From positions 1-35,325 of IMG/VR virus record IMGVR_UViG_3300045988_166883: a stretch of DNA of 35,325 nt; one strand, written 5' to 3'. Below are positions 1 through 8,504 of the stretch, piece by piece. The translations under genes were made by a program, and so were the position numbers. The notes beneath the pieces were generated by a model. It was not told where the DNA came from. It made no database searches and saw only the letters and a list, made by a program, of their open reading frames with translations. This DNA comes from a virus. Positions within the stretch are counted from its first letter, which is position 1; each line of letters opens with the position of its first letter.

Positions 1-2132
1 CATTCATCAAGCCATATCTGAATCTCATCGGATTCTTCCTTGTATTCGTTTGTCAAATCGAGTGAACACTGAGGAATATCCGCAAGACCTTTCTTGAAAT
101 ACATCTTTGCCCCATCGATAAGCCACGCAAGGATCTGTGGATATTCATCGGCTAGTTTCTCGCCGAGATGCCTGTCCACCTCGGATTCCTTGAGACCTAA
201 GTCGAAGGGAAGCACGATGATTCTTCGCCATATGCCCTTGTCGACTCCTGTTATCCTAGGCTCGTAATTTGTGGTGATAATAACCTTGCTAGTGAACTTG
301 TAGCTGAACTCGTTAGCGTAGAGGTATCGGGCAGTTATTTCGCCCGTTCCGCTGGTGATGTTCTTCACAAGACCTTCGTTCAATTTGTCCCTTGCACCTA
401 CCTCATCAATCCATACTAATCTTTTAGCCTTGATTCTGGCAAGTGAATTGTCGTTGTTGTTAGAGCTATATCCATCCATAACCAAGTCTTTCTTCGCCGA
501 GGTTGCATAATCGCCCAATACCTTGCTGACAGTATCCAGGAGAACGGATTTTCCATCGTTTCCATCTCCGTAGAGAAAGAATATCTTCTGCTCCCTTGTC
601 TCATCGGTTATCGAATATCCAAGCATCCTATGCACATAGTCATATGTCTCGGGGTGGTTCTTAAGAACATTCTTCAAGAACTTTATGAATTGCGTAGGCT
701 TGCTCTCGAAGTCTGGTGCATATGGAACGCACTTTGTGAAATAGTCAAGCCTGTCGTTCTCCTTGACCTCTCCAGTCCTCAAATCGTATGTGCCTTTCTT
801 CGTGCATAGCAGGTCGGGATTCTGGTCGAACATAGCATTGACCACTGGAGTCTCGCCTACTGTCTGGGATTCGGAAAGACAGTTGTCCTTGCCTTTCTTG
901 GAACGGAGATACGAGATGTTCTTCATCATCGACTTGTATTTCCTCACGGATGCTTCGGAGGGGGGATTCTCCTCAGTCCTTCCATTTATTTCCTTGTCTG
1001 CGAAGTCATTCGCCTCTATCTGCATCTTTGCGACCATCTTGTCCACGAGAGTCCTTACTCTTCCAACCATATCGGACTGCCAGTAATCTCCGTTCCATAT
1101 CATCCAAATCTTGTTCTCGACATTCCAACGCAGGTCGCAACCGAACGAATCGATGAACCTGTGTGCATTTCCTACATCATCATATGTGTAGTATGCCGAA
1201 AAATCATCCTGTATCTCATCAGCGTTCTTGCTGTTGTAATGCACAAGAGAGCAGGCTTTTCGTATTGTGGTGACTCGGTAGTCCTTCCTGTCAATCCACT
1301 TCCTTATATGCCTGTCGTTCTTGCTTTGAAACCAGGGGGATAGTCTGAAAAGCCTGTCTATCTCACTCTCGTTCTTGCCTGTCCAGAACGCAAGCTTGCA
1401 ACACAAGGACATATCGTATTGTGAATCACCTATCATCTCATCGTGATCTGTGTTGTTGTAAAGCTCCGCCAGTTTCTTGTCACGCTTGAGGAATTCATCT
1501 ATACCACCCTTGAACTGAGGAATCCTCTCATCAGCATGCACGGGTGTGGGTGCTAGTTTCTTCATATATTTATCAAGCAACCACTGGATGTCGGCTTCCT
1601 TCAAGTCATAGCTCGTGTCTGGCAAAGGGGATTCGCTCATTCTTATGACCTTGTGAGTCATTCCAGAGTTGTATATCTCCAATCCCACTGGAGTGTTGTC
1701 GCATTCGATTACAACGCCATCGGAATCGACTATCTGTCTCTTGTTGGTGTAATACGAGTCTTTGTCCCAAGTTGTCTTTGAATAGAAGACAATGTGGATT
1801 CCAGTCCTGCTAGGACTGTATTCCGCATATGAGGCTATCTTGTCAACTATCTCCATAGCGTTCGGATTCACTTTTCCATTGCTGTCTATGCAATGGTCGA
1901 TGTCGATAGCACACAAATTGAGTCCGCTTTTGGCTGTGAACAAGCCCAATGAGATTCCATCGTATCCGTTTGCCACGAATTGCTTTGCGGTCTTGTAGGA
2001 AGTGAAATCGGCTATCACATCTGGTCTTGCAAGCTCGCCATTCACCCTGTACGGAACTTTGTTCTTGTTGAGGCAGAACATTCCATACTGCTTAAGAATC
2101 TCGGGTATGCCATCGCTCCAAAGTTTTCTCAT
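1..2132 (-). CDS. DNA primase/helicase (PrimPol-like N-terminal domain + D5_N-like region + P4/D5-type SF3 helicase), 5' portion; continues across the circular junction into 34923..35184
   Basis: Open minus-strand frame from ATG 2132..2130 (SD AAAGGAG about 10 nt upstream) to base 1 with no stop inside the window, so it is absent from the ORF track. Hand translation MRKLWSDGIPEILKQYGMFCLNKNKVPYRVNGELARPDV... PrimPol-type motifs LCAIDIDHC and SRTGIHIVF; Walker A FFLYGDGNDGKSVLLDT; Walker B KRLVWIDEVG. The frame runs directly into ...LAWLIDGAKMYFKKGLADIPQ, which is the 34923..35288 ORF. Confidence 0.85.
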   Translation of the reverse strand, partial: MRKLWSDGIPEILKQYGMFCLNKNKVPYRVNGELARPDVIADFTSYKTAKQFVANGYDGISLGLFTAKSGLNLCAIDIDHCIDSNGKVNPNAMEIVDKIASYAEYSPSRTGIHIVFYSKTTWDKDSYYTNKRQIVDSDGVVIECDNTPVGLEIYNSGMTHKVIRMSESPLPDTSYDLKEADIQWLLDKYMKKLAPTPVHADERIPQFKGGIDEFLKRDKKLAELYNNTDHDEMIGDSQYDMSLCCKLAFWTGKNESEIDRLFRLSPWFQSKNDRHIRKWIDRKDYRVTTIRKACSLVHYNSKNADEIQDDFSAYYTYDDVGNAHRFIDSFGCDLRWNVENKIWMIWNGDYWQSDMVGRVRTLVDKMVAKMQIEANDFADKEINGRTEENPPSEASVRKYKSMMKNISYLRSKKGKDNCLSESQTVGETPVVNAMFDQNPDLLCTKKGTYDLRTGEVKENDRLDYFTKCVPYAPDFESKPTQFIKFLKNVLKNHPETYDYVHRMLGYSITDETREQKIFFLYGDGNDGKSVLLDTVSKVLGDYATSAKKDLVMDGYSSNNNDNSLARIKAKRLVWIDEVGARDKLNEGLVKNITSGTGEITARYLYANEFSYKFTSKVIITTNYEPRITGVDKGIWRRIIVLPFDLGLKESEVDRHLGEKLADEYPQILAWLIDGAKMYFKKGLADIPQCSLDLTNEYKEESDEIQIWLDE

Positions 2133-2202
2133 ATGCCATTGTCTCCTTTTCAAAAACAGCTTTTCAGCTGTTTCATTTACCTAATTTATTTCGTATCTAC
2201 TT

Positions 2203-2811
2203 CTAGAAAGGCAAGTCGTCATCATCCTCGATTGCTGATGCTGTCTTCTTCTGCTCGGGTGCAGGCTCGGCTGGTCTCTCTTTCTTCTGGTCTTCGAGAG
2301 TGATAAGCTTGTGAGCTTGCTTTTCCATATCGGCACGACATTTCTCATCTTGCCAAGCCTCAGTGCTTCTCATAGACTCGAGTCTAACTGCCTTTGCCAC
2401 AAGTCCTTCCTTGTTGACATATTCGTGTTCCTGGAATACGCCTATGAAGAACTTGCCTATGAGTGTCTTCTCATCAAAGTTTGATTTTGCGAAGGAATAG
2501 CCCTTGTTGGATTTCTCGATTGCTATGATTCTCGACTTGAACAAGCTCATAGCCTTGACCGAGTAGTACAGTCTCGTAGTTCCTTGAAAGTTCCATTTTT
2601 CCTTGGTGCTGGTCTTTGAGAAATATTTCAAGTATTCGGCGTTCTCGCTTCTCACGATGTCGAAATGCAACTCAAGATATTCCTTTCCAGACTCTTCTGG
2701 ATGGTCTATCGCATCTACAATCTTCAACGCATATATGCCGCAAGGAAGGGGGGCTATTCTTTCGCCCTCCTCGCTGTTTCCAAATGTGTCCCAGTTATCA
2801 ATTCTTTTCAT
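2203..2811 (-). CDS. SSB-like ssDNA-binding protein (acidic C-terminal tail EDDDDLPF)
   Basis: 202 aa; ATG with SD GAGGAA upstream; C-terminus ...ASAIEDDDDLPF resembles the SSB DDDIPF partner-interaction tail; sits in a Sak4/exonuclease recombination module. No N-terminal OB-fold motifs recognised by eye. Confidence 0.5.
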   Translation of the reverse strand: MKRIDNWDTFGNSEEGERIAPLPCGIYALKIVDAIDHPEESGKEYLELHFDIVRSENAEYLKYFSKTSTKEKWNFQGTTRLYYSVKAMSLFKSRIIAIEKSNKGYSFAKSNFDEKTLIGKFFIGVFQEHEYVNKEGLVAKAVRLESMRSTEAWQDEKCRADMEKQAHKLITLEDQKKERPAEPAPEQKKTASAIEDDDDLPF

Positions 2812-3475
2812 TTGTCATTTCCTCTTTCTTTTCATCGTTGGTTGTCAGCTTAATATCGTAATAGTCTCTAATCGTGTTTTCAACCATTTTCAAATCGTTG
2901 TCTATGTATTGCTCATCGAACATTCCTATAGGTGTCTTAGCTGTAGTCAATCCATCGGGATCTGATGTCTCGAACACATACTGCTTTTGATTCTTGCAGG
3001 CATATAGGATGATTGTGAACAATCCATCTATGGTCAACTGATTGTCCAACATTTTACCCAAAGTCTTCAAGTGCATGAATCCATCATCATCCTTGGAGAC
3101 ATGATGCAGGAAGAAGACAATCACATTCTCTGGCAATTCATCCTTTACGAATCTTAGCAATTTTTGGAAGTTGAATGCCATCGTTGTGAACTTCTCGTAT
3201 CCGACCTGCTTTGCCTTGTCGAAACTCTCGAATGCCATTAGATACTGGCTGTCATCAATTATGAAAGTCTTGCACTTGGAACTCATGGACTTCATAGTGC
3301 TTTCGATTTTCCCATAGTCGTAAGTCTCCATAATGTACTTCTTCATTCCTGTTGCCTTGAAAGGCAATGATTTTCCCGCCACCTCGTATATGAATATTTC
3401 ACCTGGCTTGTACTTCCTAAGGGAGCTTGTCTTGCCAGAACCGCTAGCCCCCATTACAGCAACTACCATTCCCAT
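2798..3475 (-). CDS. Sak4-like RecA-fold ATPase (phage ssDNA-annealing/recombination ATPase)
   Basis: 225 aa; Walker A GASGSGKTS at the N-terminus, Walker B-like FIIDD; position between the Cas4-like nuclease and SSB is typical for Sak4. Confidence 0.7.
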   Translation of the reverse strand: MGMVVAVMGASGSGKTSSLRKYKPGEIFIYEVAGKSLPFKATGMKKYIMETYDYGKIESTMKSMSSKCKTFIIDDSQYLMAFESFDKAKQVGYEKFTTMAFNFQKLLRFVKDELPENVIVFFLHHVSKDDDGFMHLKTLGKMLDNQLTIDGLFTIILYACKNQKQYVFETSDPDGLTTAKTPIGMFDEQYIDNDLKMVENTIRDYYDIKLTTNDEKKEEMTNEKN

Positions 3476-3478
3476 AGT

Positions 3479-4366
3479 TTAATTTTGTGTCCTTTCCTTC
3501 CAGTTGCAGAACTGTGCAACTGAACAATAGTCCTCGCATCTTCTCGACACGCCTGGTCTCACCTCGAGATAGAGATGCTCGGCATCCGTATCTATCAAGG
3601 CTTGTGCCTCCTCGGCTGTCGAACATATCTTGACCGCCGATTTCCTTCCTTGCTTCATCACAGCATACAAGGTAGGCGATGCCCATCTCTCCTCTTCGGA
3701 GCAGATAGGGATATCGTTATCCGCCATAGTCTCATATCGTTTTATTGTGGCGACTCTATCCCTAATCCACTGGTCTATCTCCTCCATATCCGAGTCCGTT
3801 ATCGTGTATTCCCACACATGTATCGCACTCTTTGGATATGGTCTTCCTTGGATTGTCGCAAGTCGCTTCTGACCTTTGCTCCAATCCTTTAGGAACATAG
3901 TGAACTTGAGTCTGGATACTGTCTTCCCATAGGCTTTGAGTATCCACGCATACTCGAGTCCTTGTCGGCGATATTCGGAATAGTCGCCTTTCAGAACCTT
4001 GGTGACAGTGGCTGTCTTCCAGTCCACGACTGTCTTCCATCGGGGGTCGTACAAATCCATCCTTCCCACGATTTTTGTTCCGTACTCGTCGCCTATCTCA
4101 CGCTCGATGTACTTCTCAGCCTGCATGAAGTGAGACATGTTCCCATACTGGAGAACCTCGTGTACCGCTTTTCCGAACACTAGCCACACACAGTCGGATG
4201 CATCGATTTCTATATCGTTCCAATGCCTCCTCTCAAGTACAGAAGCCTTGCAAGGCTTAATCAATTCGGTGACATGATATACATTGTCCATAGGATTGTG
4301 TCCATCATCCTCCATACAAGCATTTATGATTTGTTTGGGGAGGAAATCCTTGTTCGTGTATTTCAT
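3479..4366 (-). CDS. Cas4-like PD-(D/E)XK exonuclease (RecB-family nuclease with Cys cluster)
   Basis: 295 aa; ATG with SD AAAGGGGAA; PD-(D/E)XK-like core GRMDLYD...VVDWKT; N-terminal Cys plus C-terminal RRCEDYCSVAQFC (CX3CX5C) as in Fe-S Cas4/DUF83 nucleases; usual partner of Sak4. Confidence 0.65.
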   Translation of the reverse strand: MKYTNKDFLPKQIINACMEDDGHNPMDNVYHVTELIKPCKASVLERRHWNDIEIDASDCVWLVFGKAVHEVLQYGNMSHFMQAEKYIEREIGDEYGTKIVGRMDLYDPRWKTVVDWKTATVTKVLKGDYSEYRRQGLEYAWILKAYGKTVSRLKFTMFLKDWSKGQKRLATIQGRPYPKSAIHVWEYTITDSDMEEIDQWIRDRVATIKRYETMADNDIPICSEEERWASPTLYAVMKQGRKSAVKICSTAEEAQALIDTDAEHLYLEVRPGVSRRCEDYCSVAQFCNWKERTQN

Positions 4367-4368
4367 AT

Positions 4369-4611
4369 CTATTCCCCTTTGATTTCGGCTATGAGCTTCT
4401 CTATCGAAGCTTTCTTGAATCTAGCCTCGATTGCCTTTCTCTTGGATGAAGGGATGCGGTCTTCTCTAAACCAGTTGGTAAGAGTCTGAGGCGTGCAGTC
4501 GAGAACATTGACAGCGTACTGAATCAAGGTCAAATCCTTTTCCTTCATATCATCGGAAATCTTGATAAGCAACTTGTCGGTGATGTTTCTTTTCTTTGCT
4601 TTTCTACCCAT
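4369..4611 (-). CDS. small helix-turn-helix DNA-binding regulator
   Basis: ORF-track 4369..4692 trimmed to internal ATG 4611 (MGRKAKKRN...), which has a perfect SD AGGAGG 8 nt upstream; 80 aa; HTH-like segment LTLIQYAVNVLDCTPQTLTNWF; the promoter lies immediately upstream. Confidence 0.6.
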   Translation of the reverse strand: MGRKAKKRNITDKLLIKISDDMKEKDLTLIQYAVNVLDCTPQTLTNWFREDRIPSSKRKAIEARFKKASIEKLIAEIKGE

Positions 4612-4636
4612 TCTTTTAATCCTCCTAACGCTTGCT

Positions 4637-4664
4637 ATTATAAGCAATTTATAAAATAATGCAA
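4637..4664 (-). promoter_or_regulatory. sigma70-type promoter for the HTH/recombination operon (TTGCAT - 16 - TATAAT)
   Basis: Minus strand: TTGCAT TATTTTATAAATTGCT TATAAT, then AGGAGG and ATG 4611. The spacer carries the ATTTTATAAA motif shared with other promoters in this genome. Confidence 0.5.
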
Positions 4665-4876
4665 TAGTTTTTGATAAAAAATAAAAAAGCACCTACAAGA
4701 TGCTCTTTGTTAAGTCTATTTTTCATCCTGTCCTTTGCATCCATTCCGCATTTTTGGAAGATGATTTCTTCCAACGCCTCTTCGTTGATTTGGTCATTGC
4801 CCATTGGCATCACGACATACCAATCATCGCCAAGAAGAATGTGCCTTGCCCATTCGCAAAACTCCGCATCTGTCAT
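4649..4876 (-). CDS. hypothetical small protein (75 aa)
   Basis: ORF-track 4649..4888 starts with TTG; first ATG at 4876 (MTDAEFCEWARHILLGDDWYVVMPMGND...); weak RBS; 3' end overlaps the downstream promoter. Coding status uncertain. Confidence 0.3.
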   Translation of the reverse strand: MTDAEFCEWARHILLGDDWYVVMPMGNDQINEEALEEIIFQKCGMDAKDRMKNRLNKEHLVGAFLFFIKNYCIIL

Positions 4877-4929
4877 TCCGACTGGCAAGATATTGTCCTT
4901 GTCCTCTCTTTTGGCGTATTTTCTTCATC

Positions 4930-4962
4930 TTTATTTTCTCTGTTTTCAATTTGTCTTATAAT
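4930..4962 (+). promoter_or_regulatory. putative promoter of the plus-strand cassette (-10 TATAAT at 4957-4962, weak -35 TTCTCT)
   Basis: tctgttttcaatttgtcTTATAATcatatagagg 20 nt before ATG 4983; divergent from the minus-strand promoter region. Confidence 0.35.
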
Positions 4963-4982
4963 CATATAGAGGTTTTTGAATT

Positions 4983-5291
4983 ATGAAAAACGATTGGGAT
5001 GCAATGAAGGACAGCTATTTCCTAAACAAGAACGCATCGTATCACAGATGGATTATATCCAAGGAAACAGCCGAGGAAATCAAGGATAGGGGGTATCTCC
5101 ATCTCGATGGAAAGTTGTTCGTGTACAAGGATGGAAAGTACTATATCGAGACCAAATCGAACAAGCTCTTTCCAGTCAAGGTGGAGGGAACTAAGGTCAA
5201 GCTCTCCGATGACTTGCAACACGAGATAAACAACCTTGCAAGATGCGTTAATCTTGCCAAGCGTAGAAAGGAAAAGAACGAAATCAAATGA
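4983..5291 (+). CDS. hypothetical protein (102 aa), first gene of the only plus-strand cassette
   Basis: ATG 4983, AGAGG upstream; its stop overlaps the start of the next gene (ATGA at 5288-5291), indicating translational coupling. Confidence 0.55.
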   Translation: MKNDWDAMKDSYFLNKNASYHRWIISKETAEEIKDRGYLHLDGKLFVYKDGKYYIETKSNKLFPVKVEGTKVKLSDDLQHEINNLARCVNLAKRRKEKNEIK

Positions 5292-5614
5292 CACCAGAGC
5301 ATAAGCTGATGAATCAAGTCCGCCTTGAATGCTCCAAGCGTGGATATGTCGTAATCCGTATGAATGTGTTCAAGGGTGTCCTCATAGACCCTAACGGAAA
5401 CGATAGATATATGGACAGCGGAATCCCCGAGGGATTTCCAGACCTTATGGTGCTGAGGAGTGATGGAAAGGCGTGTTTTGTGGAGACTAAAATACATCCA
5501 AGGAAACCCACAAAGATTCAACTTCAGAGGCAGGAACTTCTCAGATCGCTTGGCTATCGAGCTGGAACGGCGTACACTGTCGATGAGGCTATGGCGATAA
5601 TAGAAAAGGACTAG
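5288..5614 (+). CDS. VRR-NUC domain nuclease
   Basis: 108 aa; PD-(D/E)XK VRR-NUC signature GFPDLMVLRSDGKACFVETKIHPRKPTKIQLQ (G-x-PD...E-x-K...Q). Confidence 0.7.
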   Translation: MTPEHKLMNQVRLECSKRGYVVIRMNVFKGVLIDPNGNDRYMDSGIPEGFPDLMVLRSDGKACFVETKIHPRKPTKIQLQRQELLRSLGYRAGTAYTVDEAMAIIEKD

Positions 5615-5635
5615 CATTACGCTAGCCCTTTTTCT
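5604..5635. terminator. bidirectional intrinsic terminator
   Basis: aaaaGGACTAGCattacGCTAGCCCtttttct: 8-bp stem (one mismatch) flanked by an A-run on one side and a T-run on the other. Ends the plus cassette (overlaps the VRR-NUC stop) and the convergent lipoprotein gene. Confidence 0.55.
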
Positions 5636-5664
5636 ATATGTATGAAATATGAATTGGAATTTGT

Positions 5665-6018
5665 TTACTTGGTGTTGTAGTAGCTTCCTATGCTCCAAGG
5701 AGTGCGTGGGGAATAGTACCATATGTAATATTCCCCATGGTATTTCTTGCCTATGTTCTCCACAACATAGAAATACTCGACTGACGAGTCTCTTATATAA
5801 TAGGCTTTACTCATAGAGAACTTGTATATTTTACCATTGTTGTTTTGATATGTATCCGTTGAAATGCTTAGGAAGTCATAACCCGTGAGCGTGTATTCGT
5901 GGTTTTTCTCTAATGCATATGTGACTGGATAGGATGCCTCCTCCATCGTAGATTTGCAAGCGGTCAAGGGCAAAAGAATCATCCATGTGGCTAACAATGC
6001 CTTAATGCTTTTTCTCAT
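5665..6018 (-). CDS. predicted secreted lipoprotein (117 aa)
   Basis: ATG 6018 with SD AGGAGG; N-terminus MRKSIKALLATWMILLPLTAC is a signal peptide plus lipobox (L-T-A-C); mature part Y/N/S-rich. Confidence 0.6.
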   Translation of the reverse strand: MRKSIKALLATWMILLPLTACKSTMEEASYPVTYALEKNHEYTLTGYDFLSISTDTYQNNNGKIYKFSMSKAYYIRDSSVEYFYVVENIGKKYHGEYYIWYYSPRTPWSIGSYYNTK

Positions 6019-6020
6019 AT

Positions 6021-6413
6021 TTAAATCCTCCTCTGTTTAGTTTTTCCAGGCTTCGTCTCGATTGGCTTTCTTCCTGGTTTGTCGCACAACTCGATTGTGT
6101 CTATCTTGTCATCAACTGTACTCAATATCACGACACAGCGAACATTGTCGGATATCATCTCCGCCATCTTGTCCGCCCTAAGTTTTTTCAACAAATCACC
6201 CTCTCGACTATTCACATGATACTCGTTTATCACGCCATTTTGTTTCTTTGCTATCTCTTTGAAATTGCCGATAATCTGTACATAGATATCGTCGGCTTTC
6301 TCCAAGCTGTTCAAATCATAGATGTATTGGAATCTTCTTGTCATTTTGAACAGCACCTTGTCCGTTGTCTCGAATCGCTTGTAGATAGTCTCCACAACTT
6401 CATAATGCCTCAT
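6021..6413 (-). CDS. hypothetical protein (130 aa)
   Basis: ATG with SD GGAGGA; tightly packed in the minus-strand early operon. Confidence 0.55.
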   Translation of the reverse strand: MRHYEVVETIYKRFETTDKVLFKMTRRFQYIYDLNSLEKADDIYVQIIGNFKEIAKKQNGVINEYHVNSREGDLLKKLRADKMAEMISDNVRCVVILSTVDDKIDTIELCDKPGRKPIETKPGKTKQRRI

Positions 6414-6727
6414 TTTGTCTTGTCCTCCTTTCTTATTGTAATCTCGTATTGCTTCTTGTTTATCGAATCCAACAATTTGTATCTGAACAGCACTGCTCCA
6501 TAGTCGCTTGTCTTGTAGATGTATGACAATGAATTAAGTGTCGCTCTAGGCTCAGCATATCGCCTCTTCGTGATACGCTCCACAAGCTCCTTCTTGTATC
6601 TGTAGAATGTGTTGAGGCTGTTGTTAAGCCCAAGATACACGGAAGACCTATGAGTCTCGACTATGCTGAATTCCTCCGTGTTGTCGTGTATGTCGCTTTC
6701 CACATAATCGACATAGCACATCCTCAT
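6410..6727 (-). CDS. hypothetical protein (105 aa)
   Basis: ATG 6727 with SD GGAGGG; 4-nt overlap with the downstream gene. Confidence 0.55.
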   Translation of the reverse strand: MRMCYVDYVESDIHDNTEEFSIVETHRSSVYLGLNNSLNTFYRYKKELVERITKRRYAEPRATLNSLSYIYKTSDYGAVLFRYKLLDSINKKQYEITIRKEDKTK

Positions 6728-7059
6728 ATGCGGTCATCCCTCCAAGTCCATAGCACAAGGCAGGTCTTCCCATCGATTTCGACTACCCAAGCCCAGTTCT
6801 TCTTTTCGATAATCTCGACTGCCTTCCCTGTCTCATTCTCGTATTTCTCGAGTTGCATACTTACCCAGTACAGCTCATCCTCATAATCCAAATCGGCTGT
6901 GTCTCCTGCGTTCTCGGAATGCTCCCAAATCACCTTGGATTTGTCGTTGTCGAGCTTTTCCCTAATCTCTATGTAATTCTCGTAATCTTCCAAATCCTTG
7001 TCCGAGACAGTCCATAGTCTTCTCTTTATCTCATCGCTTATCTCTCCAAACTTGCTCAT
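6724..7059 (-). CDS. hypothetical strongly acidic protein (111 aa, about 29 D/E vs 16 K/R)
   Basis: ATG 7059, SD GGAGAT; composition counted by hand from the ORF-track translation; 4-nt overlaps at both ends. Confidence 0.55.
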   Translation of the reverse strand: MSKFGEISDEIKRRLWTVSDKDLEDYENYIEIREKLDNDKSKVIWEHSENAGDTADLDYEDELYWVSMQLEKYENETGKAVEIIEKKNWAWVVEIDGKTCLVLWTWRDDRI

Positions 7060-7379
7060 TTGATTATCTCCATTTCCCCTTTCCTTTGGTCATATCGCAC
7101 AAGAAGGCTGTTGTGATTCACCTTGCTGAATCCCATTGCCATACTCAAATCCATTTGAGACAAATCCTTTTCCAAGCCACCGAGATGAACCACTCTCTCG
7201 AGTGTGGATCTGTACTCGTTCAGCGTGAGTGTAAGATTGTTGAATCTGTGGTATTTCACAAAGTGTTTCATATAATCTATCGCCTTCTTCGCACTGTCGA
7301 AATATATGTGGTCTTTGTATACCTTCTCGAACTCATCTCCGTAAATCTTGACCTCGTATTGTTTCAAATATACTTTCAT
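7056..7379 (-). CDS. hypothetical protein (107 aa)
   Basis: ATG 7379 overlapping the stop of the upstream micro-ORF (ATGA). Confidence 0.55.
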   Translation of the reverse strand: MKVYLKQYEVKIYGDEFEKVYKDHIYFDSAKKAIDYMKHFVKYHRFNNLTLTLNEYRSTLERVVHLGGLEKDLSQMDLSMAMGFSKVNHNSLLVRYDQRKGEMEIIK

Positions 7380-7471
7380 CGCTTTCTGTTGTTTATGAAA
7401 TACACTACAAGCACGAGCAGTCCGAACACTGCCACAAGGTAGAATACGAACATCATTCTCGTGTTATCCAT
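7376..7471 (-). CDS. putative 31-aa single-pass membrane peptide (MDNTRMMFVFYLVAVFGLLVLVVYFINNRKR)
   Basis: Not in the ORF track (<60 aa). ATG 7471 preceded by GGGGAGGAGGG 10 nt upstream; hydrophobic core then basic C-terminus; stop overlaps the next start. Confidence 0.4.
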   Translation of the reverse strand: MDNTRMMFVFYLVAVFGLLVLVVYFINNRKR

Positions 7472-7495
7472 AGTGTATTTCCCTCCTCCCCTTTC

Positions 7496-7681
7496 CTAGT
7501 ATTCCTTGGTGGACTTGAATGTCTTCTCAAGCACTATCTCGGCATTTCCGTATATGCGTTTCATCGCATCTTCATATTGCTCAGCTTGCTTCTTATACAA
7601 GAACGGAACTGTATGCACGAATCCTTCGTTGTCCGTGTACTTGACAATGTAGCAATCAGCCAATTGATATTGCAATCCCAT
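7496..7681 (-). CDS. small protein, tandem paralogue 1 (61 aa, MGLQYQLADCYIV...)
   Basis: ORF-track 7496..7720 begins with TTG; the ATG at 7681 gives an N-terminus aligning with the neighbour; about 54% identity to 7683..7871 (shared Q-Y-Q-L-A, Y-I-V, HTVP, KKQA, IYGNA). Confidence 0.55.
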   Translation of the reverse strand: MGLQYQLADCYIVKYTDNEGFVHTVPFLYKKQAEQYEDAMKRIYGNAEIVLEKTFKSTKEY

Positions 7682-7682
7682 A

Positions 7683-7871
7683 TTAAATCTTAATCCTGGT
7701 TGACATGAAAGCCTCCACAATTATTACCTTGGCATTTCCATATATGCATTTCATCTCATCTCTATAGTGTCTGGCTTGCTTCTTGTCCAAGCATGGAACT
7801 GTATGTGTCAACCCATCCTTATCCTTATACTCCACTATATATTGATTCGCCAATTGATATTGATATCCCAT
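7683..7871 (-). CDS. small protein, tandem paralogue 2 (62 aa, MGYQYQLANQYIV...)
   Basis: ATG 7871, SD AGGAAGG; paralogue of the 7496..7681 product, 1-nt intergenic gap. Confidence 0.55.
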   Translation of the reverse strand: MGYQYQLANQYIVEYKDKDGLTHTVPCLDKKQARHYRDEMKCIYGNAKVIIVEAFMSTRIKI

Positions 7872-7884
7872 GTCTGATACCTTC

Positions 7885-8253
7885 CTAGACTAGCATGTTG
7901 AATATGTCTTGCAAATTGCTCAAGTCGGCTTTGAATCCATGCAACACCAAACGGATTTTGATTTTCAATATAGAATTCTTGAAATCAAGAATATTATAAA
8001 GGGAGTTGCTATACACTTGCATATGATATTCTGCCATATAGAAGTTGCTGAACTTCAGTATGGTCAATGTGTTAGCTATATCATTGTTGAACTCATCCAA
8101 GCTCTCATATGTTATCTCTTGGAACTTCTCATAGTCATCTCCATTTTCATAAGCTCTAAATCCAGCCATAATCACGCAATTTTCAGGCATTGTCCCATTA
8201 GCAAGGACATTTTTGCTAAAATCCAATTTTATCAAATCTGTACGCTTTGCCAT
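7885..8253 (-). CDS. hypothetical protein (122 aa)
   Basis: ATG 8253, SD AAGGA. Confidence 0.55.
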   Translation of the reverse strand: MAKRTDLIKLDFSKNVLANGTMPENCVIMAGFRAYENGDDYEKFQEITYESLDEFNNDIANTLTILKFSNFYMAEYHMQVYSNSLYNILDFKNSILKIKIRLVLHGFKADLSNLQDIFNMLV

Positions 8254-8285
8254 TTTCCTTAATCCTTAGTTTTTATCATTTCTTT

Positions 8286-8504
8286 TCAGTCCTTTCTTTT
8301 TAGATTTACATAGTACACGCAGTTCGTAGGAAACATATTCTTCTTCACGGATTTAACTATCCAGTCATAGTAGGGCTTTATCTTGCTGTTTGACAATTGG
8401 AACGCATTCCCATCGAACATAGCGTTTCCCTCGCAAAGCAAGCTTATGAATCCCTTGCTTTCGAATGTGGGAATAACCTCATCAAGCCTGCTGTTTCTTC
8501 TCAT
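8286..8504 (-). CDS. hypothetical protein (72 aa)
   Basis: ORF-track 8286..8570 trimmed to ATG 8504 (MRRNSRLDEV...), which has GGAGGT 8 nt upstream and shortens the overlap with the upstream gene. Confidence 0.45.
   Translation of the reverse strand: MRRNSRLDEVIPTFESKGFISLLCEGNAMFDGNAFQLSNSKIKPYYDWIVKSVKKNMFPTNCVYYVNLKRKD

Noticed and set aside
1-2132. Apparent absence of any long ORF in the first 2.1 kb could have meant stop-codon reassignment.
   Set aside because: The minus strand has an open standard-code frame running off the window edge; the ORF track simply omits ORFs without an in-window stop.
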